64,000 bases of DNA from Candidatus Babeliales bacterium (lineage in GTDB: Bacteria > Babelota > Babeliae > Babelales > JBFXEV01): the NCBI GenBank assembly GCA_050179755.1, contig JBFXEV010000001.1, positions 1,461,296 through 1,525,295 on the forward strand. The letters are read 5' to 3'. The notes beneath the pieces were generated by a model. It was not told where the DNA came from. It searched no databases and saw only the letters and a program-made list of their open reading frames with translations. Positions 18,201 to 27,467 of the stretch are shown one piece after another. The position numbers and the translations under genes are program-made. Numbering within the stretch: position 1 is the stretch's first letter; each line of letters opens with the position of its first letter.

Positions 18201-20771
18201 GCGCGGAACATCCACCGCGTTAAGCACTATTGCTCGCATGCAATTGGGGTGATCTAACTGAGCACCTTTTTCTAAAGCTGCCTCGGATTCTTCTTCTCGA
18301 TCTTCATATAATAGGTATCTACTTAAATAAAAATACGCGCTTGAAAGCGTTGCTTTACATAATCTCTGTAAATCCGCCAACTCTTTATGTGCGCAAGAAA
18401 GATCATATGCTTGTTGCGCATACTGTACAGCTGTTTGCAAATGTGCTTCTTGCGTATCAGTTTGATCAGAAAGTAATTTGCACGGCGTGAGAACATGCAC
18501 CATATGAATCATACATTTAATAAAAGCAAGTTGTGTTTGTGCCCGTAGTGAATAATCAGCTCCATTCAACGAGAAAATACGAGTAAGAGTCGTAGGCTCT
18601 TTAAATACACTTAAAATACGCTCCCACGTTGCAATTGGTTCAGTATCATAATCAAATTTTAAACATTCAATACAGAGCGTAGTAGTTAAGTGCAGTGCTC
18701 GCTGATACCCTTGAATTGAACTCGAAGAGCTCAGAAACAAACGCGCACCCCAATTAATCGCTCTTATGTCGCCTGCTCCTGTTGCCAAACCCATACCATA
18801 CTCAACAAATCTTATTAAAAGATCTCTTTCTTGCACTGGTAGCGATAGAGATTCAAGCTCTATAAATTTATCAACAGCCTCAGTATATTTTTTTTGGTCG
18901 ATAAAACTCAGAATCCCGCGATAAAGCACCAGCGCCTTGCAAAAAGGCTCAGCCTCTTTAATACCGCCTTTAAAAGCTAACATTGCATTTTTGAATGACT
19001 GTTCCAATAAATCACGTTGCGCCACGGGAATATTTTGTTGCTCTTGGCCTGTATAGGCTAAACGAAACAACAACCTGCTCAAAAGATATTTTGCTTTGGG
19101 ATCATTTTGTTGCGTACTTAATTTTGTGAGTGCATCCGATATGCACTGACATTTGTCTTTTTGAGTAAATACATCTGCGGATGCTTCCAAAAATCGAGTT
19201 GCAATTTCGCAACAATACGCTGCAGTTTCTGCGGTTAGCGCATCGCCATCTTTTTTAATACGCTCTTGAACGTTCCATATGCAAGCATCTAATTGGCCAT
19301 CCCGCGCAAGATGTTCCAGCAAGTCTTTTGCTCGCTCACCAATCAAACGCTCCACATAAGATTCCTGCCGATTAGCAACCAGAAGCTCACCGCATTTTTT
19401 GATAACCAATGCCAAATTGCCCTGATGATAACTATCAATAATATCCGCAAAACTACTGATTGCTTGCATCAGTTCTTTTTCTATACACGTTTGCGTATTA
19501 CCCGTTTGCGCACATTTTTTAAGGTCTTCAAAAGCCATTTTGGCATCGGGCGCTAGTAAAAAGCTGGTCATTCGTCGCAGTAATTCAATGCTTGTCAGAT
19601 GCGCCCAAATACAGCAGGCAAGTGTATTATTATTTTTAACCATGCCTGCAACAAGATCTTGAATCCCAAATTCAGCGAACGCATGCTTTACCGCATCTGT
19701 TTCTGAAGCTCGTTGTTCATGGAGAATAGCAACAATAGCTTGCAAACCTTTTGTTCTCTCTCTCTTATCACTATTTTTTAAATCCTGTGCTACCAAATAA
19801 GCACGCGCTCTTAACGCGCCATTCTGACCAATTCGTTCAAGTACCGCATGAGCAAGTTGTTTTACCTGCACAAGAGAATTATCTTGCGAGCTTTGAGTAA
19901 GTAATCCTAAAAGATTTGTTATTGTTTCTTGATCATAGGTTCTTTTACATGCTTCAACACCCTGCATGTAAACAGAAACGGCTTCAACCAGGGGTCTAAA
20001 CTCCGGATGCACGTCAAGAGCCGTAAAATATTTTTGACATCGCTCAAATTGAGCACTTTGACTATCGAGCGTTTTTTCAAGGACTGCTCGCTTGCACGCT
20101 TCTTGAAGCAGGCGATATTGCGCATCAACAGAACCTTCTTGGGCCAACTGTTCCAGTAAAGGCATATAATGTACATCCACAAGCATCGTACGCTCTAAAT
20201 GCGCTAAATCTTTAAAGGAGGGATAATAGGAAACCAGTTTTTGCAAAGCTTGTAATTGATCATAGGCAAGACAATGTTGACCTTCAAGCATAAATCGAGC
20301 AAATGAAGCTGCATGTTCATAAGGGACTTCATGTGGCTTATACAACACCGCACGTTCTGTGGCTTTAAAAAATTCAATTGCTTCTTCTTTATTGCCATCT
20401 TCCATCGCCAATGCACCAAGCGCATACAGTGATCGCGCATCACGATACAAACTTTTGCGTGTAATGACTTTACCATCTTTAATATCTTGCCGCAGCAATG
20501 CAACTGGCTTTGCAAGTTCTTCTAATGCACCATTAACATCTTCACCTAAAAATGCAGACTTAAACTTTACTTCATGCAGTGCATCAAGATAACTTGTGCC
20601 GCTATGCATGCCATATTTTGGAAAAGGTCGCTGAACATTAGTAGTAAGTTGTGGCAAAACCCTATAAAACGCATCACGGTGCTGCACCGTAGCGTCTGTT
20701 TGCTGATCCATACCAAAACTATTATTACATAGTACCAAGAGAAGTGTTAAATACCAAGATGTGTTGTTCAT
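15288..20771 (-). CDS. Giant secreted Sel1-like/TPR helical-repeat protein (1827 aa)
   Basis: Signal-like N-terminus; repeated SLR-like helices (AQEGSVDAQYRL, AAQGSAQAQFLLS, AKNGHIAAMQALG); collinear paralog of 21964..27459. Confidence 0.7.
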   Translation of the reverse strand: MNNTSWYLTLLLVLCNNSFGMDQQTDATVQHRDAFYRVLPQLTTNVQRPFPKYGMHSGTSYLDALHEVKFKSAFLGEDVNGALEELAKPVALLRQDIKDGKVITRKSLYRDARSLYALGALAMEDGNKEEAIEFFKATERAVLYKPHEVPYEHAASFARFMLEGQHCLAYDQLQALQKLVSYYPSFKDLAHLERTMLVDVHYMPLLEQLAQEGSVDAQYRLLQEACKRAVLEKTLDSQSAQFERCQKYFTALDVHPEFRPLVEAVSVYMQGVEACKRTYDQETITNLLGLLTQSSQDNSLVQVKQLAHAVLERIGQNGALRARAYLVAQDLKNSDKRERTKGLQAIVAILHEQRASETDAVKHAFAEFGIQDLVAGMVKNNNTLACCIWAHLTSIELLRRMTSFLLAPDAKMAFEDLKKCAQTGNTQTCIEKELMQAISSFADIIDSYHQGNLALVIKKCGELLVANRQESYVERLIGERAKDLLEHLARDGQLDACIWNVQERIKKDGDALTAETAAYCCEIATRFLEASADVFTQKDKCQCISDALTKLSTQQNDPKAKYLLSRLLFRLAYTGQEQQNIPVAQRDLLEQSFKNAMLAFKGGIKEAEPFCKALVLYRGILSFIDQKKYTEAVDKFIELESLSLPVQERDLLIRFVEYGMGLATGAGDIRAINWGARLFLSSSSSIQGYQRALHLTTTLCIECLKFDYDTEPIATWERILSVFKEPTTLTRIFSLNGADYSLRAQTQLAFIKCMIHMVHVLTPCKLLSDQTDTQEAHLQTAVQYAQQAYDLSCAHKELADLQRLCKATLSSAYFYLSRYLLYEDREEESEAALEKGAQLDHPNCMRAIVLNAVDVPRKLKPMSKQEFEAHMKRLLRAYNMGDSYAGVILAQHYFDGSERTFACGYSLGQDRKTAYYLAQKLKEFKETKRILAQEELDKASNDRAHEEMHVRNAVTLLQEAVSAGCEESCAQLARLIDSPLCSSAQVEEIYEFIKQKAKVKLPSALRALGTLHARYPESTAQAIECFKEAIELSDGKHGVYELLEIFCKTPEVHLCGNNLFFAADLCLLLVHDITHLENIESHGLPFVLQVLPLLDLVDADADYKTEAATHYDELVVALRTLGIVASTEVVKKEEETEEMKKWRVLNGGEFQNEQGACVTFRTLVKEPTLATEEFLKNLCLIDVVFEDMASEKAQAICKDALLMRTLDAAAAQGSAQAQFLLSKMLSYEAEHDKALQADRESKRRHLQQALKCSGEAATSEPEQARHVAQFERNFESLFLFDQTIYIPYVQGNREALAVVFHELQPTLEHTNAGTIPGINSDKLRSLALQSVRILAFNGCVPALDNFVEKNLLSKNKKEMNDALEAIIRCMSFHELTLSDLQASGFYDVITKHIEYIKRLADTTNNGRAACIMMLWCSAHYGGADASNEDLAAVMSYGDKAKDSGYSTGIYHWWKDRLYCNAQMSDQMFSAALKALEGIAEQEAAAGELLLRLYGGSTLPCGKEVIPDRKRSKKLALSLKDRSTCALKRLVSFAREDGDFKKAIAYKFELIQRTHNASDDLYLELSQLCAGGYMYPDDLILFLEHKAKNGHIAAMQALGGLKAVQKKYDEAIKLFDRVIADGGRLSALAHLEMAFVHISKDSNVLKALEHIERGIEATVAKQFSKDIAIGTVQTFGMRLIKFMLDCLLTQKLEQREQANKVFEQLIDCMKQHNFYQSHSVEWRLMIATMHCINGSDYPLLLQHYEPLFLLLTNVKNMKSYCGFIGNAISLVVSRLHEDAQACKTTNPQRSHDIIKAVSKITHSLQKANIQYYMVVPEATFQKSITGAK

Positions 20772-20803
20772 GTAATTCTTTTAAATAAAATGTTGAAAAT
20801 ATA

Positions 20804-21967
20804 TTAGCGACCTACTAACATAAAAAGTGCTTGCACAAATTGTTCAACTTGTGCCATAGTATTACCATAATAAAAACTTACACGCACTGCGCCAGCAATG
20901 CCCCATTTGCGCCACATTGGTTGCAAGCAAAAATCTCCTGCGCGCACACAAATATTTTTCGTATCAAGAAATGCCGCAATGTCATGAGGATGAAAGCCAT
21001 CAATGTTAAAACTGACCAAATGACCGTGCTGTGCAAGTTCTTGGTGGGGTCCATATATATGAACGCCAGGGATCTTTTTAAGGCCTTCAAGTGTTGCACG
21101 GCACAACGATGCTTCAAGTTGCTGCTGCACACTACGATCTGTTGATTCTATAAGCGTTATTGCTGCACCCAAGCCAATCACTTGCGCAATGGGTGGCGTT
21201 CCGGCTTCAAACTTGCGTGGTGCGGGCAAATACGTTGCGCTGTGCCAATCAGCACGGTATACCATGCCACCACCAAGTTCATAGGGTGGCGTTTCATCAT
21301 GCAATTCTTTTTTAATATAAAGTATACCAACACCTGTAGGCCCCAGCATTTTATGCGCTGAAAACACTAAAAAGTCACATTGTAGCTTTTGTACGTTTAT
21401 TTGCTGATGTGGCACCGATTGGCATGCATCAATCAGCATTTTAGCACCAACACGCTGAGCATGCTTGGTAATTTGCCCTATATCATTGCGCGTACCCAAG
21501 CCGTTAGAAACATGTACCACCGCAATTAATTTAGTACGCTCAGTAACGAGAGTTTCAAGCGCTTTATATTCAAGCGTGCCATCAGATAAAATGGGTATAA
21601 ATTTTAGAATCGCACCCGTACGCTCAGCAACACGCTGCCAAGGGAGCAAATTCGAGTGATGCTCCATTTCTGTCAATAAAATCTCATCGCCCTTTTTAAG
21701 ATGTGCCATTGCCCACGTGCTAGCTACTAAATTAATTGATTCAGTAGCTCCCTGTGTAAACACAATTTCAGCAACATGTCGTGCATGCAAAAACCGCGCT
21801 ATCTGCGCGCGCACGCCTTCGTAGCGCGCGGTTGCTTGCTCGGCAAGTTGATAAATACCACGATGCACCGGCGCATATTCATGCAGATAAAAGTGGGAAA
21901 TGGCATCCACCACCGGTTTTGGCGTTGGGCTAGATGCTGCATTATCAAAATAAATAGAGTGTTTCAT
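20804..21967 (-). CDS. sufS: Cysteine desulfurase SufS
   Basis: YFDNAAS, EHHSN, FSAHKMLGPTG (PLP lysine), FEAGTP, RAGDFC. Confidence 0.93.
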   Translation of the reverse strand: MKHSIYFDNAASSPTPKPVVDAISHFYLHEYAPVHRGIYQLAEQATARYEGVRAQIARFLHARHVAEIVFTQGATESINLVASTWAMAHLKKGDEILLTEMEHHSNLLPWQRVAERTGAILKFIPILSDGTLEYKALETLVTERTKLIAVVHVSNGLGTRNDIGQITKHAQRVGAKMLIDACQSVPHQQINVQKLQCDFLVFSAHKMLGPTGVGILYIKKELHDETPPYELGGGMVYRADWHSATYLPAPRKFEAGTPPIAQVIGLGAAITLIESTDRSVQQQLEASLCRATLEGLKKIPGVHIYGPHQELAQHGHLVSFNIDGFHPHDIAAFLDTKNICVRAGDFCLQPMWRKWGIAGAVRVSFYYGNTMAQVEQFVQALFMLVGR

Positions 21968-24900
21968 TTTTTCTTTTTATCGGTAAATAACGTCATTTTT
22001 AATTTAATATCTGAGCCTAGTACTAATGTATTGAGTCGCTTCATTTGCAGATTACTTTCTGCTATTTGCGCGCGTTCTGAAGGATCCAACCCTTGTAATA
22101 CACTTGTATGTTTTGCCAATAATAATTTAAGAGCATTTGTTATATAATATACATCGCCTTCATGAGGCTGTATTTTGTGGAACTCAAAAACCCGCTCAAA
22201 CGTATCTACTATTTTTTTAAAATCAAAAGTACTCATTGCACATTGATTAATTATGTGAATGCAAAGGAATTCAACCGATTCATAACCATCTGTAATAAAT
22301 TCTTCTCCATATCTTACCAACGTATCCATTGCCCTACTCACCTGTATTTTAAGCTTTTCATGACGTTGTGATTGGGCAAATTTTTCAAGTTCAAGCAATC
22401 GATGGGTACATTGGTTAACAACATTTGCAACAGTTTGTATCTCAAACCGCATTTCCTTTATATGGTTCATACATATTGCAAGATATGTTAATGCGCGTTC
22501 TATATCAAGCCCTGCAAATTGAGGATTCAAATAAATTTCTACCAATTCCATACTTGCCTGCGCAAAACCATCTGCCAAAAGATCTGTACACCAGGCTATA
22601 GCTTTTTCATATTCTTGACGCGCTACCCACACACCACACAAAGCACGCAGCATGGTGACTTTGCCCTTTTTAGATTCAACTTGTGCGTATTCTTCTAGTT
22701 TTTTCGGAAATCGTTTATATTCCACACAAAATTTCAACATATCATCAAGCGTAAATAAACCAATCTGATACAGCCTAAACGCATAATCAAAAAATGCATC
22801 CAAGTCATTTTCTTCTTGAGCAAGAGTAGCAAGCGTCATTAATGCAGCGCCACTATTATTTTTCCATCTGAGCGCTAATTCTTTTGCACGCGCCATGTCT
22901 TTACTAACCCTAAATCTACAAGGTAACACCATGCCATCTCTATACATTTTTATCACAAAATGAATCACTCCGTAGCTAGGACTATCTGTAAGACCGTGAT
23001 TGCGCACATAACATTCAAGCTGCGCAATGAGTTCAGCACACTGCTTTGCTGATAATGTGGAGTCTCTTAAAAGATACGTCATATGCAATATCGGTTGTGC
23101 TTCAATGCAACCTTGCCGCACCGATTGCTCAAGGTAAACCAACGAATATCTTTGATTATTATTTTTATCTAGTTTTTTTGCTTTATGTTCCATCCAACAT
23201 GCCACAATAAAAGAAGCATGGCCGTTGCCTGTAGTTGCAATTTTGTTAATATCTTCAATATGAGAATCCAAACACGCTTCCACACCGCTACTTTCCCATT
23301 CTTCTTCGCGCATTTGTGATAGCGCATGGCAGCCTCTAAAGACTACTTGCACTGATTCTTGTTGCACTTCTGGCACAACATCTTTAAATTGCGTTGCAAG
23401 CACTAATTTCATTGCTTGCACGCACCCACAAGAGGCCAAATTGCGAATGCAATGCGCCGCTTCTTGTTTAATACTCATTATTTCTTGTTCTGGTAAATTA
23501 CATACAAGTAAGACTTCAAGAGTTTTATTTATAACTCCCAAACCACCATTCAAAGATTCTTGATCAAACGCTACTTGTGGTATTAATACGGTTCTATAAT
23601 AGTGATATAATTCATAATAACTTGCAATAAGTTGATTCTTATAATTTTCATTCTTTACATCGGCCGTTAGTGCTCGCGAAGCATAGTGAATTGCTTGTAA
23701 AAAATCATCACAGCGTTGTTGTTGCGCTTCGGGTTGTGCTGATCCATTCTTAGCTTTTTTTAAATAAAATAAACTAAGCGTATGCTGCGCATATGGATTA
23801 CTTTCTGCAAAATCCTGCATACGAGAAAATGCATTTGGATCAGTTTCCATAGCTTGTGCAATATCAACAGTCATCGATAAAGCAGTAGCTTCAAGTGCGG
23901 CCGGGCTTTCTGCTGCTGCTTGCACACTTGTTGTAATCTCAATACCAAGGCGCGCTAATTTTGTAATAATTTCTTCTCGCAACGTATCTGCCACAGCTTT
24001 ATCATCCTGAGCTCCCTGATAGCCCAAAAGCGCACCCAGCACATTACCTATCACCTGCGATTGTTCCATAGGAGCACCTCCATCTCGTGCGCCTAGTTCA
24101 ATCATGGCAAGGCAATGTTGTGCTGCTTTGCACGCGTTGCGTCTACAATATAAATTCGCAAGCTCCATATGGCCTAAACGACCGTCACTATAGCGTATTG
24201 CATCTTCATAACTTTGAATTGCATATTCAATACGTCTTTGGTCTCGATCTGCAAGAAATATGCCAGCAAGAGCACATAACGCTTCCGGTATATGTTCTGC
24301 CGCTTTTTCTACTATAAAATCGTTTGCTATTTGGGCAACTTCTTGCGTAATCCATTCAGATAATACTATTTCTTCTAAATGGCGATATGCATGTTTTTGC
24401 CCATCACGTGCTGATTGCATTAAAAGCGTTACCGCACGAGAAAGATCAACTCTTCTCCCTTTATTTTTTGGATTTTGCACCACTTTATAAAATTCTAAAA
24501 ATCCTAAAATGCGCGCCGTTTGGGGATATACGTCACCCAGTGCAACTGCTAGTTCAAGTGCTCGCTTTAAATCTTTTTCAATATGATTACCACACGCAAA
24601 ACGAGTCAAGCGGCCATCATAATAATGTTCTGCTAAAATTGCACCAGCTTGCTTATCACCCAATTCATAGGCACGTTCAAGCATGAGAACATGAGCATCG
24701 AATGTTTGCTTATCTAAGCAAACAGCAGCTTCTCGAGGTTGTTCTAACGCTAGCATTGCACATGCACGCATACAGGTAGGGTATTCCAAACCTGCGCTTT
24801 CAGCTAACAACGATTTCGCTTTTTCTATTTGGCCATTGCGCAAATACGCTTGACTGCGCACATAATTTATCTTATCTAATAATTTCCAAGCTCTCACAGC

Positions 24901-27459
24901 CCTTGGAGCAGGAACACCATCTTGAAAAGCTTTTTTACAATAAGCAGTCGCTTTTTCAAGCAACTGAGTTTCAGTACTTTGATTATCGTCAATAAAGCGA
25001 CAGGGCACCAATGCTTGCACCACATAACAATGTGCTAATAAATAAGCTATAGGATTATGCAAACCTTTATATTTACTGTTTTCTAATGTTTTTTCAATTT
25101 TGGCAACAATAGAAAATTGCCTGAAAGGTTCAAATGATGTTTTAAAATCACGTATTTGAGAATAATCTACACCAAGAAAAGCTTCAAACAGTTCTGTACA
25201 TATATGAACAGCATGATCAACTTTTTGTTTGTCATCTGAACATAACAAATCTGCTATATACCAAGGCCCTGCAATTTGATGATTCGCTTGCACATAGTGC
25301 ATCATCTGATATTTTGCAAAAGCCTGCACTAATTTTCTTTCAGCAGATGGCAATTGAACCGTCAATAAATCCAATAATTGTTTTACTATAACATCAGCTT
25401 TTTTTGGAGCATCAGCTTGTTCAAGTAATGCCAAAATACCACGATACAACATCACTGCTCTAGTGAATTCCTGTACTTGCTTTTTTTCAGACCCTTGCTG
25501 TGCTGCATTTGGATCTTGGTTACTTTTTATAACTTCACCTGCCAATTTCACTACATCATCTAAAAGACTTCTATTCTCTACAGCCAACCCAGTTTGTTCA
25601 CACCCTTCATGATATAATCTAAACAAAAGCCTACTTAATAAATATTTGGCTTGTGCATTGTTACTCCGCCTTGCAATATCATCGAGCGCCGTGCGTATGC
25701 GCAAACAGGTATCATCTGCTGCACTGGGCGTTCGTTGTGCCAAATAAAGTTCACCTATTTGTATACCATATGCGATCGTTTCTTCTGAAAGCACTTCTTG
25801 TTCTGTATGCATGCGCTGCACTTTAACACAGCAAGCATCAACCTGTTTTTGTTCAACTAGTCTTTCAAGCAGTTGCTCGGCACGATCACGCATTGCACAA
25901 GTTAATTGATCACCACCAAAAACTAAATTAACAATATCAATAAGTTGGCGCGCCGCTGTTGGTTTTTGTGCATAAAAATCAAAGACCGCTTGAGCAAAAC
26001 TTTGTATAATTTGCAAGGTATTTTTAAATTCGCTTTCTACCATCAAACCACTTTTTGCATAGCGCAGTATACGCTTATATGCTTCTCTTTGCTGAGTATC
26101 ATCTACCAATGCTTCATCGCTCAGCGCATTTTTGCAGGCCCATTCTGCCCAAAATGTGCATACAGTGGGCTGATTTTGCTCGGCCATGCGAACAAGGCTA
26201 TCAAGCAGGCCAAATTCTTTGAGTTGTTGCTCCATACATCTATCATTTTGCTGCATGCATGTACGGACCAGAGCTTCTGCTTGTACAACAGCTTGCGCTT
26301 TTCTAGTCTTATTTTTGGAAGATAGTTGCTGTTGGACTCCAAAGCATGTTGCGCGTAAATCGCCAATTGTTGCAAGTTTATCCAGCAACTGCCTACCCAA
26401 TTGCTGCACGTGCAAAATTACGGGTACATTAGAAGAGCTTGCTAATAACTCAATTAAACAAGCTGATGCAAGATCAAGGTTTTGTTCTTCGTATGCACCT
26501 ATAGCTGCCATATAACAGGTAAGTGCTTTGCCTAAATCACTATGCGTTGGATCTTGTACTAACGATGCACAATATGCCGCGAGCGGCCTTATGGCAGCCA
26601 GTTGCTTTTTTATTTTCTTTTCAAGTGCTTGTTCAAACAATGCGTTCACCATAGCCTGCTGCGCTTCAACATCACCTGCATCTGCAAGCTGTTTAATTGC
26701 AGGCAAATGCCCATCAGCTGCAAGTGCCGTACACAATAGGTGCGCTACAGGCTGCCAACAGGGATATAATAGTGCTTTATTTTGTAACAAGAGTAAATTA
26801 CTAAACGCTTGTTGATATTGCTCTTGCGACCAATAACGTGTGCATTGCGAAGCATAGAAAATAGGTTCTTCATGAGATCTATATTCATTGCATGTAAGTA
26901 CTGCTTGACGTAATGCATTTTCAGCTTCAAAAACCTGACTTGCCTCAAGCAATTTTATGCCACGTGCAAAATCAATAAGAGGGAAATATTGCGTGCCCTT
27001 TTTTGTTACTAAAGAACCTGCAATTAATTCCGTACGTTGTGACGCTAAAGGCTCTGCAGCTTTTTCTAAAGCGATTATAGGATCATCACTTTGCAATGCT
27101 GCCTGGAATTTACATTCAAAGAGCGCATCATGAACACTTGTACCACTATGCATGCCATAACAAGGAATAGGCCGTTGTATAACCGTAGTAAGCTGCGGTA
27201 ATAAAGGAGCCACTTCACTACCAAACAAAGAAGGGGTCATTTTTGTGCCAAAGGATCCTTCGACTCGCTTCGCTTGCTCCCAGCCTGCGCATAAAGGCCG
27301 CCCATCCTGAGCAGGTCGAAGGACGGCGGGCATAGCAGTATGAGCGGACTCAGGCAACATTGCAAGAACATCACTTGTGCATGTTAATAAGCCCAAAGTA
27401 AGACATGTTACATATGTAAAATGTGACATACTATAAGCATATTTCTTTATACCAGCCAC
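21964..27459 (-). CDS. Giant secreted Sel1-like/TPR helical-repeat protein (1831 aa)
   Basis: Signal-like N-terminus; SLR-like segments (ADAGDVEAQ, AYELGDKQAGAILAEHYYDG); stop overlaps the sufS start (ATGA). Confidence 0.7.
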   Translation of the reverse strand: MAGIKKYAYSMSHFTYVTCLTLGLLTCTSDVLAMLPESAHTAMPAVLRPAQDGRPLCAGWEQAKRVEGSFGTKMTPSLFGSEVAPLLPQLTTVIQRPIPCYGMHSGTSVHDALFECKFQAALQSDDPIIALEKAAEPLASQRTELIAGSLVTKKGTQYFPLIDFARGIKLLEASQVFEAENALRQAVLTCNEYRSHEEPIFYASQCTRYWSQEQYQQAFSNLLLLQNKALLYPCWQPVAHLLCTALAADGHLPAIKQLADAGDVEAQQAMVNALFEQALEKKIKKQLAAIRPLAAYCASLVQDPTHSDLGKALTCYMAAIGAYEEQNLDLASACLIELLASSSNVPVILHVQQLGRQLLDKLATIGDLRATCFGVQQQLSSKNKTRKAQAVVQAEALVRTCMQQNDRCMEQQLKEFGLLDSLVRMAEQNQPTVCTFWAEWACKNALSDEALVDDTQQREAYKRILRYAKSGLMVESEFKNTLQIIQSFAQAVFDFYAQKPTAARQLIDIVNLVFGGDQLTCAMRDRAEQLLERLVEQKQVDACCVKVQRMHTEQEVLSEETIAYGIQIGELYLAQRTPSAADDTCLRIRTALDDIARRSNNAQAKYLLSRLLFRLYHEGCEQTGLAVENRSLLDDVVKLAGEVIKSNQDPNAAQQGSEKKQVQEFTRAVMLYRGILALLEQADAPKKADVIVKQLLDLLTVQLPSAERKLVQAFAKYQMMHYVQANHQIAGPWYIADLLCSDDKQKVDHAVHICTELFEAFLGVDYSQIRDFKTSFEPFRQFSIVAKIEKTLENSKYKGLHNPIAYLLAHCYVVQALVPCRFIDDNQSTETQLLEKATAYCKKAFQDGVPAPRAVRAWKLLDKINYVRSQAYLRNGQIEKAKSLLAESAGLEYPTCMRACAMLALEQPREAAVCLDKQTFDAHVLMLERAYELGDKQAGAILAEHYYDGRLTRFACGNHIEKDLKRALELAVALGDVYPQTARILGFLEFYKVVQNPKNKGRRVDLSRAVTLLMQSARDGQKHAYRHLEEIVLSEWITQEVAQIANDFIVEKAAEHIPEALCALAGIFLADRDQRRIEYAIQSYEDAIRYSDGRLGHMELANLYCRRNACKAAQHCLAMIELGARDGGAPMEQSQVIGNVLGALLGYQGAQDDKAVADTLREEIITKLARLGIEITTSVQAAAESPAALEATALSMTVDIAQAMETDPNAFSRMQDFAESNPYAQHTLSLFYLKKAKNGSAQPEAQQQRCDDFLQAIHYASRALTADVKNENYKNQLIASYYELYHYYRTVLIPQVAFDQESLNGGLGVINKTLEVLLVCNLPEQEIMSIKQEAAHCIRNLASCGCVQAMKLVLATQFKDVVPEVQQESVQVVFRGCHALSQMREEEWESSGVEACLDSHIEDINKIATTGNGHASFIVACWMEHKAKKLDKNNNQRYSLVYLEQSVRQGCIEAQPILHMTYLLRDSTLSAKQCAELIAQLECYVRNHGLTDSPSYGVIHFVIKMYRDGMVLPCRFRVSKDMARAKELALRWKNNSGAALMTLATLAQEENDLDAFFDYAFRLYQIGLFTLDDMLKFCVEYKRFPKKLEEYAQVESKKGKVTMLRALCGVWVARQEYEKAIAWCTDLLADGFAQASMELVEIYLNPQFAGLDIERALTYLAICMNHIKEMRFEIQTVANVVNQCTHRLLELEKFAQSQRHEKLKIQVSRAMDTLVRYGEEFITDGYESVEFLCIHIINQCAMSTFDFKKIVDTFERVFEFHKIQPHEGDVYYITNALKLLLAKHTSVLQGLDPSERAQIAESNLQMKRLNTLVLGSDIKLKMTLFTDKKKK
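27256..27348 (-). repeat. Nested palindromic element inserted in frame in a CDS
   Basis: 93 bp TCCGCTCATACTG...GTCGAAGGA encoding SAHTAMPAVLRPAQDGRPLCAGWEQAKRVEG; homologous to 47837-47957. Confidence 0.8.
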
Positions 27460-27467
27460 AGTATCCT

